The notes under the pieces: generated by a model
What the model saw: the letters and a program-made list of their open reading frames with translations, nothing else
Database searches by the model: none
What the model was told of the DNA's origin: nothing
NCBI GenBank assembly: GCA_964016885.1
Contig: OZ024743.1
Span: forward strand, 369,396,001 to 369,460,000
Reading direction: 5' to 3'
DNA length: 64,000 nt
DNA from: Eledone cirrhosa
Taxonomy: Eukaryota
Program-made: the position numbers and the translations under genes
In this document: one piece after another, positions 39,301-52,010 of the stretch
How the letters are laid out: each line of letters opens with the position of its first letter
Position numbering within the stretch: the first letter of the stretch is position 1

Positions 39301-39663
39301 TCTAGCAGACCCACCCCTCCACCTGGTCTCTTGAATACAACAAACATCGACCTCCTTACGTTCAAGCATTTCTACAACCTCGTTAGCGCGACCCTTTAGG
39401 GTGCCTACATTTATGGTACCAACTCTGAAGTTTTGGATTGCGTTTGGAGGGTGGTGGGGGTGGTGGGGGGCGGGGGGAGATGGGGTTATGTTAGCCATCC
39501 GCGGGCGAAACAAAGAAGAGTGCTCGCATTCTCGTCCACGAGGTGAATTTGACTTTAACATTGGCATTTTCGCTCTGAGCGTCCAGATTTTTCTCTCCCT
39601 TCCACTCTCCAGGATTTCGCAGTCCGTCCATCCATCCATCCATCCATCATATATCGAAGGCAA
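36382..39663 (-). CDS. RTE ORF: apurinic-like endonuclease, reverse transcriptase and internal PHD-like C4HC3 finger
   Basis: Uninterrupted 1093 codons. APE motifs GTINV, CCIQETRW, SAYAP, GDLNGH, VDYIL, SQH. RT motifs [33 protein letters not shown]. The listed start is TTG, so the true Met is probably a downstream ATG. Confidence 0.95.
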   Translation of the reverse strand: MPSIYDGWMDGWTDCEILESGRERKIWTLRAKMPMLKSNSPRGRECEHSSLFRPRMANITPSPPAPHHPHHPPNAIQNFRVGTINVGTLKGRANEVVEMLERKEVDVCCIQETRWRGGSARFIEGKKRCYKLFWVGNDDGLGGVRIMVAEKWADKIIDVNRVNDRIIKIRLVLNRTTVTVISAYAPQSGLPGTIKDRFYEALMLTTSQISDSDYIIIAGDLNGHVGQHCDGYDEIHGGYGFGTRNEEGSRILEFCDANNLTICNTNFKKRDNHLITYRSGEHTSQVDYILTRRRDRVSVVNTKSLPHEECTSQHRLIISDLIVRTRRTRQQKRTILRRKIWKLKDPTAKNKFQNILLDAFDSKEEHLESDNIEGQWEFLKANLLLATDEVCGWSRPVGRRRVTWWWNSKVEGSIKAKKQAWKVWRDGGSRVDYQVARREARREVYLARREAEERKFKHVLQREDQKREVFRIARQCVKENRDIVGEKCVLNDDGILAITDTDKKVAWKCHYERLLNEENKWEKDSLPHIDPIEGPAVLVEGSIISKAIKDMKTGKAAGPSEIVAEMLKASGTVGHTMVTRIVNQVVQNGVVPKDWHSSIIVNCYKGKGDALDRSNYRGIKLIDQVMKVTEKVIAQLIRERIDLDEMQFGFVSGKSTTDALFIVRQLQEKFLAKGKPLYLAFVDLEKAFDRVPRSIIWWALRKLGVDEWLVRAIQAMYKETVSKVRINNEYSEEFSVKVGVHQGSVLSPLLFIIALQAITEEFKTGCPWELLYADDLTLIAESMVELEKKFQTWKHGLESKGLKINLAKTKVLVCRKENKAAVPSGKWSCSVCRKGVGRNSILCPKCKVWVHKRCSGITGKLTKNIDFTCGRCSGAISSSKCPQNTSSFNCAEGSIEIVDSFRYLGDKISSGGGCSESTVARVRTGWKKFRELIPLLAAKGFSLKMKGRLYDACIRTAMLHGSETWALCAEDIRRLERNEACMLRWMCNSNIRERQSINELRKKLEIRGIRCCLLERRLRWYGHVMRMKVDSCMTKCRAIKIDGSHGIGRPRKTWDELINSDLTHLHLSKTMSLDRDLWRYSVTEKTRLASRHL

Positions 39664-39682
39664 CCGTGCAAGCGATAGTATA

Positions 39683-39838
39683 GGCCTCTGGCTTATGATT
39701 GGTCCGCGTAATAATAATAATGGTGATGCGTGTGTGGGGGGGGGGGGTCTGGCGTATAATAATAATGGTGATGCGTGTGGGGGGGTCTCTGGCTTATGAT
39801 TGGTCCACGTATTAAGAATGGTGGTGTGTGGGGGCGGG
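39683..39838 (-). promoter_or_regulatory. Short tandem modules with CCAAT boxes and a GC box upstream of the RTE ORF (candidate internal promoter)
   Basis: ctctggcttatgattggtcc occurs twice, aatggtg(at)gcgtgtg-G-run modules three times, and ggggcggg near 39831. Confidence 0.35.
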
Positions 39839-39859
39839 TGGGAGGGATGTGGGGTAGCT

Positions 39860-40965
39860 AGCTGGAAGGTTATGAATGTTTAACAGCGAGTAACAAAAAG
39901 CAAAACTGCAAGATTTGTTCTGTTCAATACGACAAAAACACCGTATTTAAACCTTAATAAATAACAAAAAATACAGATTTCGGATTTTGCGAGATTGGAT
40001 GTTTGGACTATGTACGAAATTGTGGTGTGTGGAGTAGATAGGAAAAACGTGAACATTACGATTACATGGTTACACCGTAGTAGGGATAGTTGAAGCAGCA
40101 ATTGTTTGGCGAAAGTGAATAAACATGAACGGGAATTTATCTTATATATATATATATACATGTGTGTGTGTGTGTAGCTAAGAGAGAGAGAGAGAGAGAG
40201 TGGGAAGGGGGGAAGAGAGAGAGAGAGAGAGAGAGTGGCTGACCGCAACCCCTCGTGAAGAAGATGGTGGGTGAAGGGTGTATGAGCGGGGTTTTTGACT
40301 TTCGAGGTAGCATGATATATATATTTAAAGTAAATTATAAGAAGTAGGATGGGAAGGATTTTGTTTTTTTGTTTGAGAATACGATAGAATTAGGGAATTG
40401 GAGGATACGATAGAATTAAGAATGGGGAGGATTTTGTTTTTTTTGTTTGGGAATACGATGGAATTAAGGAATTTAAGGAATTGGAGAATACGATAGAATT
40501 AAGGAATTGAGGAGCTGGAAGGTTATGAATGTTTAACAGCGAGTAACAAAAAGCAAAACTGCAAGATTTGTTCTGTTCAATACGACAAAAACACCGTATT
40601 TAAACCTTAATAAATAACAAAAAATACAGATTTCGGATTTTGCGAGATTGGATGTTTGGACTATGTACGAAATTGTGGTGTGTGGAGTAGATAGGAAAAA
40701 CGTGAACATTACGATTACATGGTTACACCGTAGTAGGGATAGTTGAAGCAGCAATTGTTTGGCGAAAGTGAATAAACATGAACGGGAATTTATCTTATAT
40801 ATATATATACATGTGTGTGTGTGTGTAGCTAAGAGAGAGAGAGAGAGAGAGAGTGGGAAGGGGGAGAGAGAGAGAGAGAGAGTGGCTGACCGCAACCCCT
40901 CGTGAAGAAGATGGTGGGTGAAGGGTGTATGAGCAGGGTTTTTGACTTTCGAGGTAGCATGATAT
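39860..40965 (-). repeat. Direct duplication of about 455 bp at the RTE 5' end (653-bp offset)
   Basis: 39860-40314 and 40513-40962 are nearly identical. Each ends at gaggtagcatg(AT)n. The spacer holds gaatacgatagaatta repeats. Confidence 0.9.
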
Positions 40966-41765
40966 ATATATATATATATATATATATATTGATATATATA
41001 TAGTTCAAAATGACAAAAAAAAACAAACGCAGGAGTCAATGGTATATAGTGTTATTAGCTTCATGCTTGGTGAGAATGGGAGGGTGTTGTTTATGGTGTT
41101 TTGGACACAAGTCCTTCATCAGGAGAGTGGGGTGGCTCCGAGAGGGAGGAGTTAGCAGGAAAAACATGAAAGGATGGGAAAAGTAGAAATAGCAATAAAT
41201 ATAAAACATGAAATCAAAATAGAATCAAACAATTCATAATAAAACAGAATAAAAAAAACAAAACAATATTAGAAAATGAGAGGGGTATATGGGTCCGGGA
41301 AGGCAAGGGTGTGGTGGTGCTTAAGGGGAGGGTGGAGGTGGAGAGAGAGAGAGAGGGGGAAGAGCAGGAAAATTGGAGTCCGAGCAGGGATGGCAGAAGG
41401 TGTGTGTGTAGATGTGTGTGTGGATGTAAGTGTGAGAGTCTGAGAGGAAACAAGTTTGTGATTTTGGGTTTTGAAAACCATTGTGTGTGTTAGAGTGGAG
41501 TGTATGTGTTTGAATGTATAGTCCCTGTGTAGGTGTGTGTTTGGATGGGAGGGTCGGATGGGGTGAGATGAGATTGTGTCAAATTCGGAGGGGGTGGAAT
41601 GTGGGTGTATGTGTAGATGTGTAGATATGTTTGTGTGGTTAAGAGAGGGGGATGCGTGGTATGTCTATTGGTCATGTGGGTTCATGTGAAATGTATAGTT
41701 GCGTGTGTATCCCAGTTTCAATCAGGGGTAACCACAGTATGTAAGGTACTCAATACATAGTAGAG

Positions 41766-41911
41766 TATATACAATATTTAATATAGAAATGGTTTCTACA
41801 GGACTTGAACTGTTTCATTTGAAGGAAGTCATCACGAAAGCCCTTATGATTTCCTTTGAATGAAGCAATTCTGATCCTGTAGAAGCCATTTCTATATTAA
41901 ATATTATATAC
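41766..41911. repeat. Inverted repeat (arms of about 65 bp) of decayed hammerhead-bearing pLTR-like ends
   Basis: aatatttaatatagaaatgg(t/c)ttctacagga arms. The left arm on the minus strand reads gTGATGA...GAAAC...GTC. Confidence 0.6.
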
Positions 41912-42117
41912 ATACATATGCATATACACACATATATAGCATCATCATCATCATCACTGTTTAATGGCTATTTTTCCACGTTAGCATGGGTTAAACGAGT
42001 TGTCCCGTTGTGAAACATGCCAGGTCAGATGACCATGTCATGCTCATACAGAAATTATTTTCAATTGGTTTCTCTGGTTGGATGACTTTCCTATTTATTT
42101 ATATATGTATGTGTATC

Positions 42118-42905
42118 AACATCATCATCTCTGTTTAACGTCCATTTTTCCACGCGTGCATGGATTAGACAAGTTATCCTATTGTGATCAATGTCAGGTC
42201 AGGTGACCATGTCTTGCTTGTACAGAACTGACTTTGGCTTGGTTTCTTCAGATGGATGACCTTCCTAGCACCAACCTCATTTACAGTGAGTGCTGGGTGC
42301 TTTTTGTCATGATGCCTACATGACCACTTTACAGTGTAGACTGGGTACTCTTTCTCTGTGTCGCCGTCAAGACCACTTTACAGTGTGGGCTGGAGGTTTC
42401 ACTGAATGTATGCTTCAGCCTGTCCTCATGGGAGAAGTATGGGAGTGAGTGGGGTGAGGTGATGCATATTATTTACATGCTTTAATCTTGGTCTGTACCC
42501 ATGGGAAATTTGTTTTTTTGTAATACTACGTAGCACCAGAGATCTCAGTCCTGTGTCATCGCCTTTGAGACGTGCAGTTGTGCAAGGTCAACTTTTATCA
42601 CCACATCCCAAGTCTTCCTGGGTCTCCCCACTGCACGGCTTCCATCAACTCTGCGCGCTCTGCACCTTTTTATACAGCTGGCATCCTTCATGCAAATCAC
42701 ATGTCCATATCAACACAATCTTCTCTCCTGCACACTGCATTTGGTTCTTCTGCCTAGTTTCTCTCTCAGTACTTTTATGCTTTGCCATTCATGAATATTA
42801 CTATTACACATCCATTGGAGCATGCAACCTTCATTCCTTTCCAATCTACTCAAGTCTTCTGCACACAGCACCCAGTCTCATTGCCATGCAACATTGCTGT
42901 TCATA
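42118..42905 (-). pseudogene. Old RTE 3' fragment (family 1-related); short extra tail piece at about 41940-42092
   Basis: Minus strand encodes TAMLHGNET...ERNEGCMLQWMCNSNI-like sequence followed by the shared 3' UTR module and (ATG)n. Confidence 0.75.
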
Positions 42906-44000
42906 CATCATACATCATGGAGTTAATAATATTTTCACACATATATATTTGTGTCTATAGATAAAATTAAAACAAAGCAGAAATAACTATATTGGCAGTT
43001 GGTATATCTTTTGGAAAGTGGGTTTACTAATTTCCAAATTGATCCATAAAAATATTCGGAACTTTTTATATAAGTATATATGCACATAAACACACTCCCT
43101 CTCTCTCCCTCTCTCTCTCATACATTTATACAATATAAAAGGATATATATAAATATAAACCTACACCTGTGTGATATTGTAGCCGCATTGAAACGTTTGT
43201 AGTGATGTATAAGTAATAATATCCTATCCTTGGCTTTCTAAAAATTTGAATTTTAAATGCTCTGCTACCTGAACTACCCTTAATCATCCGGTTTCTTTTC
43301 ACTCCTGAAGAACAGGGGACAGTAAAGTACATTGAGCTTATCTTATCTTACCAATGAAAATAGTGAAGTACTACACTATAACTTCATATATATATTTATT
43401 TATATATATATATGTATATATATATATCATAAACAACACAAGAGCGTCTACAACATCAAAAGATTTTTATTGGCTTACACTGTTTCTTCCTTACGTAACC
43501 GTAATGATGATGATATATATACACACACACACATATTTATAAACACATATACACATACATATATGCATATAGCAGTTTGTTCTTGACACTGAATGTCAAG
43601 TTATAAATATATTTATGTTTAAAATTACGAATTATATTCAATTTTATTTGAGTTTTTTTTTACTTGTTTACTTTGTTAGTCAGGATTTCAAGTGTGGAGC
43701 AAACTTATTTTTAGCTAATCCTGGACTTGGGTGAATATTTTTTTCCTTTCTTCAGTAACCTATAATTAAATAGGAAAAATGTTTAGTTAATCAAATTTGC
43801 TAACCATGCATTAAATTTGCTTTCTTTTTGCCGCCTTGGCTTCGTTTAAGGACTTATTTTGAATATTTTGCTAACATAACATTTTATTACCAAATTGTAA
43901 TTATTATCCTGTCCTTTCATATTGGACAAAAGACTGACTCCGTATTCTTCCAATTACATTATCAAGACAAATTATTTAATAGAATAGAACAGAGTATATA

Positions 44001-44343
44001 TATATGGCTTAGTGGTTAGAGCATTGGCCTTGCAATCGAAAGGTTGTGAGTTCAATTCTCAGATCGGGTGATGTGTTGTTTCCTTGAGCAAGACACTTTA
44101 TTTCACATTGCTCCAGTTTACTCAGCTGTAGAAATGAGATGATAGGGACTGGGGTCCCTATCATTCCACTGCAAAGTGGTCGTGGAGGTGCCACGGCAAA
44201 AAAGCACCGAGCACTCACTGTAAATGAGGTTGGTGTTAGGAAGGGCATCCAGCTGTAGAAATCAAGCCAGAATCAGTTCCCGTCCCACCCTTGCAATCAG
44301 GGAAAAAGCGGACGTAAAAATGAAATGATGATGATGAATGATG
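44001..44343 (+). mobile_element. SINE family B
   Basis: Near-identical to the 7789 copy. Confidence 0.9.
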
Positions 44344-45589
44344 TTATATATATATATTTCTTAAGTGAGGTTAAAACTTCAAACTTCATATGCGAGAGGG
44401 AACATTATTTCTTGGGGCCTTTTTTTTTTTTTACATTATATTCGTTCTGATCAATTTTCACTGCCAATGTCTTGTCAATCTCGCTTTCAGAAATGTTATA
44501 ATCAATATCTCTATTGTTCATCAAATGTAATGTAGAATAAATATATATATAATAGGTTCTCAACTCAATCTTTAAGTTCAATTTCATGAGTGGTCTCTTA
44601 GTTAACTAACTGAAGGATTACATAGATTGCTAGTTTAATTATAATTTTCTTTAGATCAAATGACACCCAATGTGACACAGTGGCTCTCATGTTATATGTA
44701 TGTATGGACCCATTATTCCTAGGGGGAGTTGTAGGGGTGCAGTATTGACTCAGTGTTTCTAGGGCACTTTTTTAAACCTGGCAGAGCCCATCTCCTCTTC
44801 AGGCCTGAATATAGCAGATTTCTTCCGGGGAAATATAGAGAGTGAGAGAATGGAAGTGGAAAGAGATAGAGAGGAAGAATCAACCCCAGTACTAGACTGG
44901 TATGCTTTGCAGTTTTCATTTTGACTCTCTGATCTCTGAGTTCAAATCCTGCTGAGGTAAACTTTGCCTTTCATCCTTTCTAGGGAAAAAAGGTTTAAAA
45001 TGCTGGACAAATAATCATATGGTATGCCATAAGTTCAGGTTTGACAGCTGTTGTTATGTTGTGTTCCTGTTCAAGGCACTGCCTGCTCTGTCCAGCTTGC
45101 ATGATAAACAAATAACAAGCCCTTCATGGTTTATTGGTATTAGGTAAGTAGGTGGAAGAGCATCTACACTGTCACTTGACCTTCTAGAAATTGTAGTTAA
45201 ATTTCCATCCATAAATTTTACCATCGTAAAAAAAAAAGGAAAAATTTCACAATGGACTTCTAGATACACTTTGTCTGAAAAAGTAGATGCAATCGTCATA
45301 TCTCTTAGAGAAATTATGACCTTGAGTTAACAACAATAAATAAGTCATCCAGCCCATGCAGAAGAAAAAAAAAAGGCAAGAAAATTAATTATTTAAGTAA
45401 ATTGGCAGATTACTTACTTGGTATTTAGTTTACTATTTATTTGGTAAATTTAGGTTTGACATATTTCTCACTTGCTCTTATCAACCTGAAACATGAAGTC
45501 TGTCAAGCAAACATGTACCAAAGAGTAGAAGTGTCTTTGATATTTAGTCAGGCAATCTGAGTTTGCATCTTCTGATGTATACAAGGTGC

Positions 45590-45975
45590 ATCTGGGAGTA
45601 GTGACTAATCTCTCAGAGGCTGAGGTCACAAGAACAGTTAAAGAGTTCAAATGTGGCAAGAAATGCAGGGAGATTGTTGAGTCCAAGGTAGCTGATGAAC
45701 AGTGTGGTATCCACCCCGGATACAGCACAGCCAACCAAATATTCACACAGTGGCAGGTCTTCGAGAAATTGCGGGAGTATTGTCAAAAGGTATATTTTTG
45801 TTTAGTCGACCTTGAAAAGGGATATGACCGCATTCCTCTGGACCTCCTGTGGAAGGTTGTACAGGAGTATGGGATCGATCAATGGTCGGCTTCTTGCTGC
45901 CCTCATGTCTCTATACAAATGTGCGAGTATTTGTGTTCGGATAAACAGTACCAAATCGAAAGCACTCAAATGTAG
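45590..45975 (+). pseudogene. Old RTE/Expander-type RT fragment
   Basis: EQCGIHPGYSTANQIF...VDLEKGYDRIP..LLWKVVQEYGI resembles RT subdomains 2-3. Confidence 0.75.
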
Positions 45976-48015
45976 GAGGCCCACTTATCTTTTTACAAAT
46001 AAACAAGTTGGTTCATCATTTATCCTTAATCATGATCTGTTTAAAACTGTTTTTTTTTAAAGTGAAGTGGTAGTGGTTAATCTACCCATATCACCAAATT
46101 GCTTTTGTTTTTTTGTTTGTTTTTTTTTGCTTCACTTGGCAATATTCAGCTTATTCTCACCACATCTTCATTTAACTGCTTAAAGCTTTGTTTGGGTAAA
46201 ACAAAAACATATTCTATTAGAATGGAATGTAGTTTTTATGAAAAGAGCAGTGTCAACGATGTCGATCAAAATATAAGTGTGGGTGGATTTTGTTCAATTC
46301 TCCAAAAAAAAGAAAAGAAAAAGAAAAAAATGGGTGATATACTGAAAACAAAGAAAATAAACAAAGTTGTCTTTTTGAAGTGGTTGCTGAAAAGAAGTGA
46401 TCTACCATTACCAATTCCAAAGCCACCACTTAGGATGGCAATGTGTTTTATAATTTAGAATACTCAAAGCTTTTTAGGCAATGAGAAAATAAATACATTA
46501 TCTAAACAAATTTCTTAATTAATTTCACAAACTAATTATAATTTTCTTCTGTTTTACTATAATATAGAATCCTAACTTAGTGATTGCTTTCAATCAGTTT
46601 TCTGTTTTTATCTTCCATGTTTTTATACTAATAGCTTGTGTGTGTACGTCTGTGTGTGTGTATGTGTGTGTGTGTGTGTGCAATGTTCATGTTCATGTGG
46701 GTATGTGTATATGTGCAGTTTAACTAATTTTGTGTATTAATCCTAAATGATTTTACTATTGATTAAGCTATTTTCTCTTTGTATAATGTCACTGCAACCC
46801 AGTGTGAAGTTGAATAGTTACAGGTAAAGCTAGCTGCCTGTTTACTAACCAAATGTTTAACAAGTACGAAATCTAGTACTGCTAACATACCACATAAGAA
46901 CTCTTCTCAATGAACAAAACACAGAAATCAAGATGTTAACAAACTAGGCCAATGACCTAACTTCTAGGTCAGTTGTGTAGAAAGTCTTTCATTGGTTCCT
47001 CTTTACAAAGGTTTTAACTTCTTACTTTTTAACTTGATACTGATAATTCTCTCTCTCTCTACACACACATGTATATATATGTATAATTCAAGTATATACA
47101 AGATAGTGATGCAAAAACATAAAGTCTTAGGTCCCCATTTGGGAAGAAGTAAATTAGGGTTTCGGGTATTGGACATAAGATCTTCTTCAAGAAATAGCAA
47201 GTTCTGAGAGACGGAAGGTTGGGACAAAAAAAGAATTTATGATGGCTGAGAAGGATATATATATATATATATACACACACATATTCCCACACATATGTAT
47301 TTCTATATTTACTAACAGAAATGCCACTCTACTGTGTGTGTGTGTGTGTGTGTGTGCATGTGCACATGTGTTTTGTAAAAAGGAAAACTACATTTTTGAG
47401 ATGCAACCGATATGAACTCATACCAACATATTACACCTTGAAGTTTATTTTATTTAATACAACCTTTTTCCCTACAAAATGGTTACTCCTCAACTTAATG
47501 AAGCAAAGCTAGCATATGAACCGGTAATAAGTAATGGCCAGCTCATGATGATCTGATGCTGCAACAACAAAGCACCCAGTTCACCCTACCTGTAAGATAG
47601 TCATGTTGGGGACACGGCAAAGATGCACCTTGTCCGTCCTCTTAGATGGTTGTTTTGGGGCCATGATAAAAAGCACCTAGTCCACACTGTAAAGTGGTCA
47701 TGCTGCTGACACGGCAAAAATCACTCAGTCCACCCTGTTAGATGAGTGTTTTAGTTCCATGATAAAAGTCTAATGTGGTTGGTGTTAGGAAGGGCATCCA
47801 ACCACAAAAACCAAGCCCCAAACAGTTCTGTATGAGCAAGACATAGTCACCTGACTTGAATTGCCTCATAATGTGATAATCATCTAATTCATGCTCGTGT
47901 GAAAAAATAGACATTAAATGGTGCTGCTGCTGATGATGATGATTGAAACAGCCCATCACAGGCATTTTTAAAGAGATTTGAACCCTGATTTTGAAATCTT
48001 TTTTATTGCCATTAG

Positions 48016-49340
48016 GATGCCCTTCTTAACACCAATCACTTTACAGTGTGTACTGGGAGCATGGTTTCTACAGCTGGATATCCTTCCTAACACCAATCAC
48101 TTTACAGTGTGTACTGGGAGCATGGTTTCTACAGCTGGATATCCTTCCTAACACCAATCACTTTACAGTGTGTACTGGGAGCATGGTTTCTACAGCTGGA
48201 TATCCTTCCTAACACCAATCACTTTACAGTGTGTACTGGGAGCATGGTTTCTACAGCTGGATATCCTTCCTAACACCAATCACTTTACAGTGTGTACTGG
48301 GAGCATGGTTTCTACAGCTGGATATCCTTCCTAACACCAATCACTTTACAGTGTGTACTGGGAGCATGGTTTCTACAGCTGGATATCCTTCCTAACACCA
48401 ATCACTTTACAGTGTGTACTGGGAGCATGGTTTCTACAGCTGGATATCCTTCCTAACACCAATCACTTTACAGTGTGTACTGGGAGCATGGTTTCTACAG
48501 CTGGATATCCTTCCTAACACCAATCACTTTACAGTGTGTACTGGGAGCATGGTTTCTACAGCTGGATATCCTTCCTAACACCAATCACTTTACAGTGTGT
48601 ACTGGGAGCATGGTTTCTACAGCTGGATATCCTTCCTAACACCAATCACTTTACAGTGTGTACTGGGAGCATGGTTTCTACAGCTGGATATCCTTCCTAA
48701 CACCAATCACTTTACAGTGTGTACTGGGAGCATGGTTTCTACAGCTGGATATCCTTCCTAACACCAATCACTTTACAGTGTGTACTGGGAGCATGGTTTC
48801 TACAGCTGGATATCCTTCCTAACACCAATCACTTTACAGTGTGTACTGGGAGCATGGTTTCTACAGCTGGATATCCTTCCTAACACCAATCACTTTACAG
48901 TGTGTACTGGGAGCATGGTTTCTACAGCTGGATATCCTTCCTAACACCAATCACTTTACAGTGTGTACTGGGAGCATGGTTTCTACAGCTGGATATCCTT
49001 CCTAACACCAATCACTTTACAGTGTGTACTGGGAGCATGGTTTCTACAGCTGGATATCCTTCCTAACACCAATCACTTTACAGTGTGTACTGGGAGCATG
49101 GTTTCTACAGCTGGATATCCTTCCTAACACCAATCACTTTACAGTGTGTACTGGGAGCATGGTTTCTACAGCTGGATATCCTTCCTAACACCAATCACTT
49201 TACAGTGTGTACTGGGAGCATGGTTTCTACAGCTGGATATCCTTCCTAACACCAATCACTTTACAGTGTGTACTGGGAGCATGGTTTCTACAGCTGGATA
49301 TCCTTCCTAACACCAATCACTTTACAGTGTGTACTGGGAG
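48016..49340. repeat. Homogeneous 61-bp minisatellite, about 21.7 copies
   Basis: Unit tccttcctaacaccaatcactttacagtgtgtactgggagcatggtttctacagctggata, with no visible variants among internal copies. Confidence 0.97.
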
Positions 49341-51904
49341 AATTTTATCAAGACTTTGGCAATACTTACCACCTTACAAGGTTGACAAGGTGCTTTTCAT
49401 CATGGAATCAGCACTACCACTTTACAGGGTGGACTAGGTGCACCACCACTACCTCATTACAAAATTAGTCTGGCATAATGTGGGATATGCTCAGCTGTCC
49501 TTGTTGACCTAAATATGTGTATGTGTGTGTATGGGGAGGGGAATGTCATTAGGGAGGGAGTTTGGTGCGAGAGGAGGGCTACTTGACATTGTACTGGCTT
49601 GTGTTGGCAGATGGGGAAAGTGTGTCAGGGTCAGAGAGCAAGCTGAATCAATCAATATCATTTAATATATATCATTTCATTTATTTCATATCCATTTATT
49701 TTGCAATATTTACTTACATTTATATATTAATTCATAAATAGATTAAAAAAATATCATTGTATATATTTAAAAATATCAGCTGTATATATTTAATTATAAA
49801 TTATTAAAAGATATATTTAATATTAAATTTGAAGTAAACGGTAGATTGTTTTTTAAACATAATCTAGGTCAAAATTAATTCATGACATCTCAGTTCTTTC
49901 TTTTCTGTTTCAATTAAGCTTTTAGATGTATATGTCAGAACAGAAATTTCATTTAAACAACTGCAATCTGTTATGATATATTGTTGTTATCATTGCTGCT
50001 GATGCCACAGCATAATCATCGTCATCAGTATCATCATCATGTAATAACTGCTAGAAAGGTTTCGACAGGTGTATTTTATTGTGGTATCAGCAATAGGGAG
50101 GTTGTCATGTCTTTGATCTTCTTATCACCTACCACTTTACAGGGTGTACTGGATGCATCCACTAAAAAGGTTGTTGTTCCCTTGACACTACTGAAGAGTT
50201 CTCTCATTCCCTTTTGATCTAGTTTCTACAAATGGATACCCTTCTCATCACCAACAACCTTACATAGTATACTGGGTACATTTTTCATACCTTCAACACC
50301 AGAGGGATTGTTATATTGTGACTAAACAGCCTCTCTGGAGCAGGTGCCATGATAAAATTCACTTGATAGATTGTGGAACCATATGCAAGTTAGATGTGAA
50401 CCACTAGCTTGTCTGGGAGGTCAGTGGCCCTGCTTCAGTACAGATTCAGTCTGTGAAGATCTGTTCAACCCTTGCTAGCAGGGAAAATGGATGTTAAATG
50501 TTGCTGCTGCTGATGATATCAATGTCAATTTTTACATGTTTGTTTAGATAAGATAGGTGAAACACCTGGCACTGACTACTGTTGTTGTAGCACTTCTATT
50601 AGTTTATGTTTAACATTAAATATGTAATTACAATGATATTTCACATCTAGATACCCTTTTCAGCATCAAATGCAATGTAACAATTATACCTAAACACAAA
50701 CATTTGCACATACATATTACACATACATACTTGAACATATAGTTATGAATATGATTTTTTCTGCTTTCTTATTATTTTCTCCTCCTTGTTTCTCCCAGTC
50801 TCTTAATCACTCTTCCTCTCACTGACTCCCTCTCTCTTGATCAGTTTCTCTCTCCTGACCCCCCTCCCTTCTCTTGATCAGTCTCCTCTCTTTTTCCAGG
50901 GTAAATGAAACAAATAAGACTAAAAAAAATAATAGAGAATATGTTATTGGTGAATGTCAACTGTAGATATACTATTTCTTTAAGCAAAAAGATCATCATA
51001 GTTGTTTGACTGTGACACCCTTAATGAAATAACACCATTGTGTGATTCATTGTAAAAACATACTAGATAGCTGTGTGGGCTAATGTTAATAGTTTCTACA
51101 TTCTTTCTATTTTTGGTAGCTGAGTTTAGTGAGCTTATGTTGTACAAGTTAGGATTAGAACTCAGCACAACAGTAACTGGCATAGTCTTCAAATACAGTG
51201 TCAACCCAACAGATATAATTTTCAAATATAGATCACTCTGTGTTCTGCTAGTATCTGTATCTTTTCATCAATAGTTCTTCATAAGTAGGTGAAATGTTTT
51301 ATAGTTATTGTAATTTGAACCCAACATAATGATTAAAAATAGTATTTTTAAATTTCACCTTTGTTGGCCACAGCATCAAGGTAGAAGTGTCAACTTTAGT
51401 TTCTGAATGAAATAGCATAAAGTAAATTTTCATTGAAAAGGTTGCCAAACAAACTCTCAGGAGACCCAGAGGTAGACCCTGAGCAAGATGGTTCAATACC
51501 ATGAGATCCTCTTTTCTAGAAGTACGTTATGAAATATGTCCTTCCTTTCGTAGAGTGTGATTTGATAGATATATCTAGCAGGTTGAGTGTTATGTGTCAG
51601 TTTGGACAGCTGCAATTTACTAGGATGTGTATAAGGTGATATGAATGAAAACCTTAAATTAGGCTTAAACATTTAAAAATCTCAATGGATGTATTCTGCA
51701 AAGGTATTAGTGCCCATTAACTAATTTCCAACAGCCCAATGGATGCTATTAATCTTATTACAGCTTGCAAGGAATTAATGATGCTTTAGTTGTTTTCTTT
51801 ACAGAAATGAATCAATTTCAATCGTCGTGGCTATCACTTAAAATTCTGCTGATTAGGCTATGCATTTCTTATTATTAAGAAATATTATATTATGTTATTT
51901 CTTA

Positions 51905-52010
51905 ATCCGCCAAGGTTAACTTTGCCTTTCATCCTTACGGGGTCGATAAAATAAAGTACCAGTAACATACTGGTATAGTTACTGACCTTGTGTCAAATGT
52001 AGAAACAATT
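51905..52010 (+). mobile_element. SINE family A, 3' half; another partial copy at about 44925-44983
   Basis: aatccgccaaggttaactttgcctttcatccttacggggtcgataaaataaagtaccag...gtagaaacaatt. Confidence 0.8.

Larger units (their letters stand above)
36019..40314 (-). mobile_element. Full-length, potentially active RTE-clade LINE, family 1 (5' boundary uncertain)
   Basis: Intact ORF, a 3' UTR of about 340 bp and an (ATG)n tail at 36019-36048. The upstream region partly matches the 8.7 kb copy. Confidence 0.9.

Noticed and set aside
36458-39799. Multiple + strand ORFs opposite the RTE ORF, repeated at other copies
   Set aside because: Antisense shadows of a coding strand. Recurrence reflects copy identity.
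40230-40315. HDV-like ribozyme at the RTE 5' end
   Set aside because: Some complementary blocks exist (cctcg/cgagg, aacccc/ggggtt), but they overlap and I could not build the nested double pseudoknot.
48016-49340. CRISPR-like regular array
   Set aside because: Units are contiguous and identical with no unique spacers, there are no cas genes, and the context is eukaryotic.
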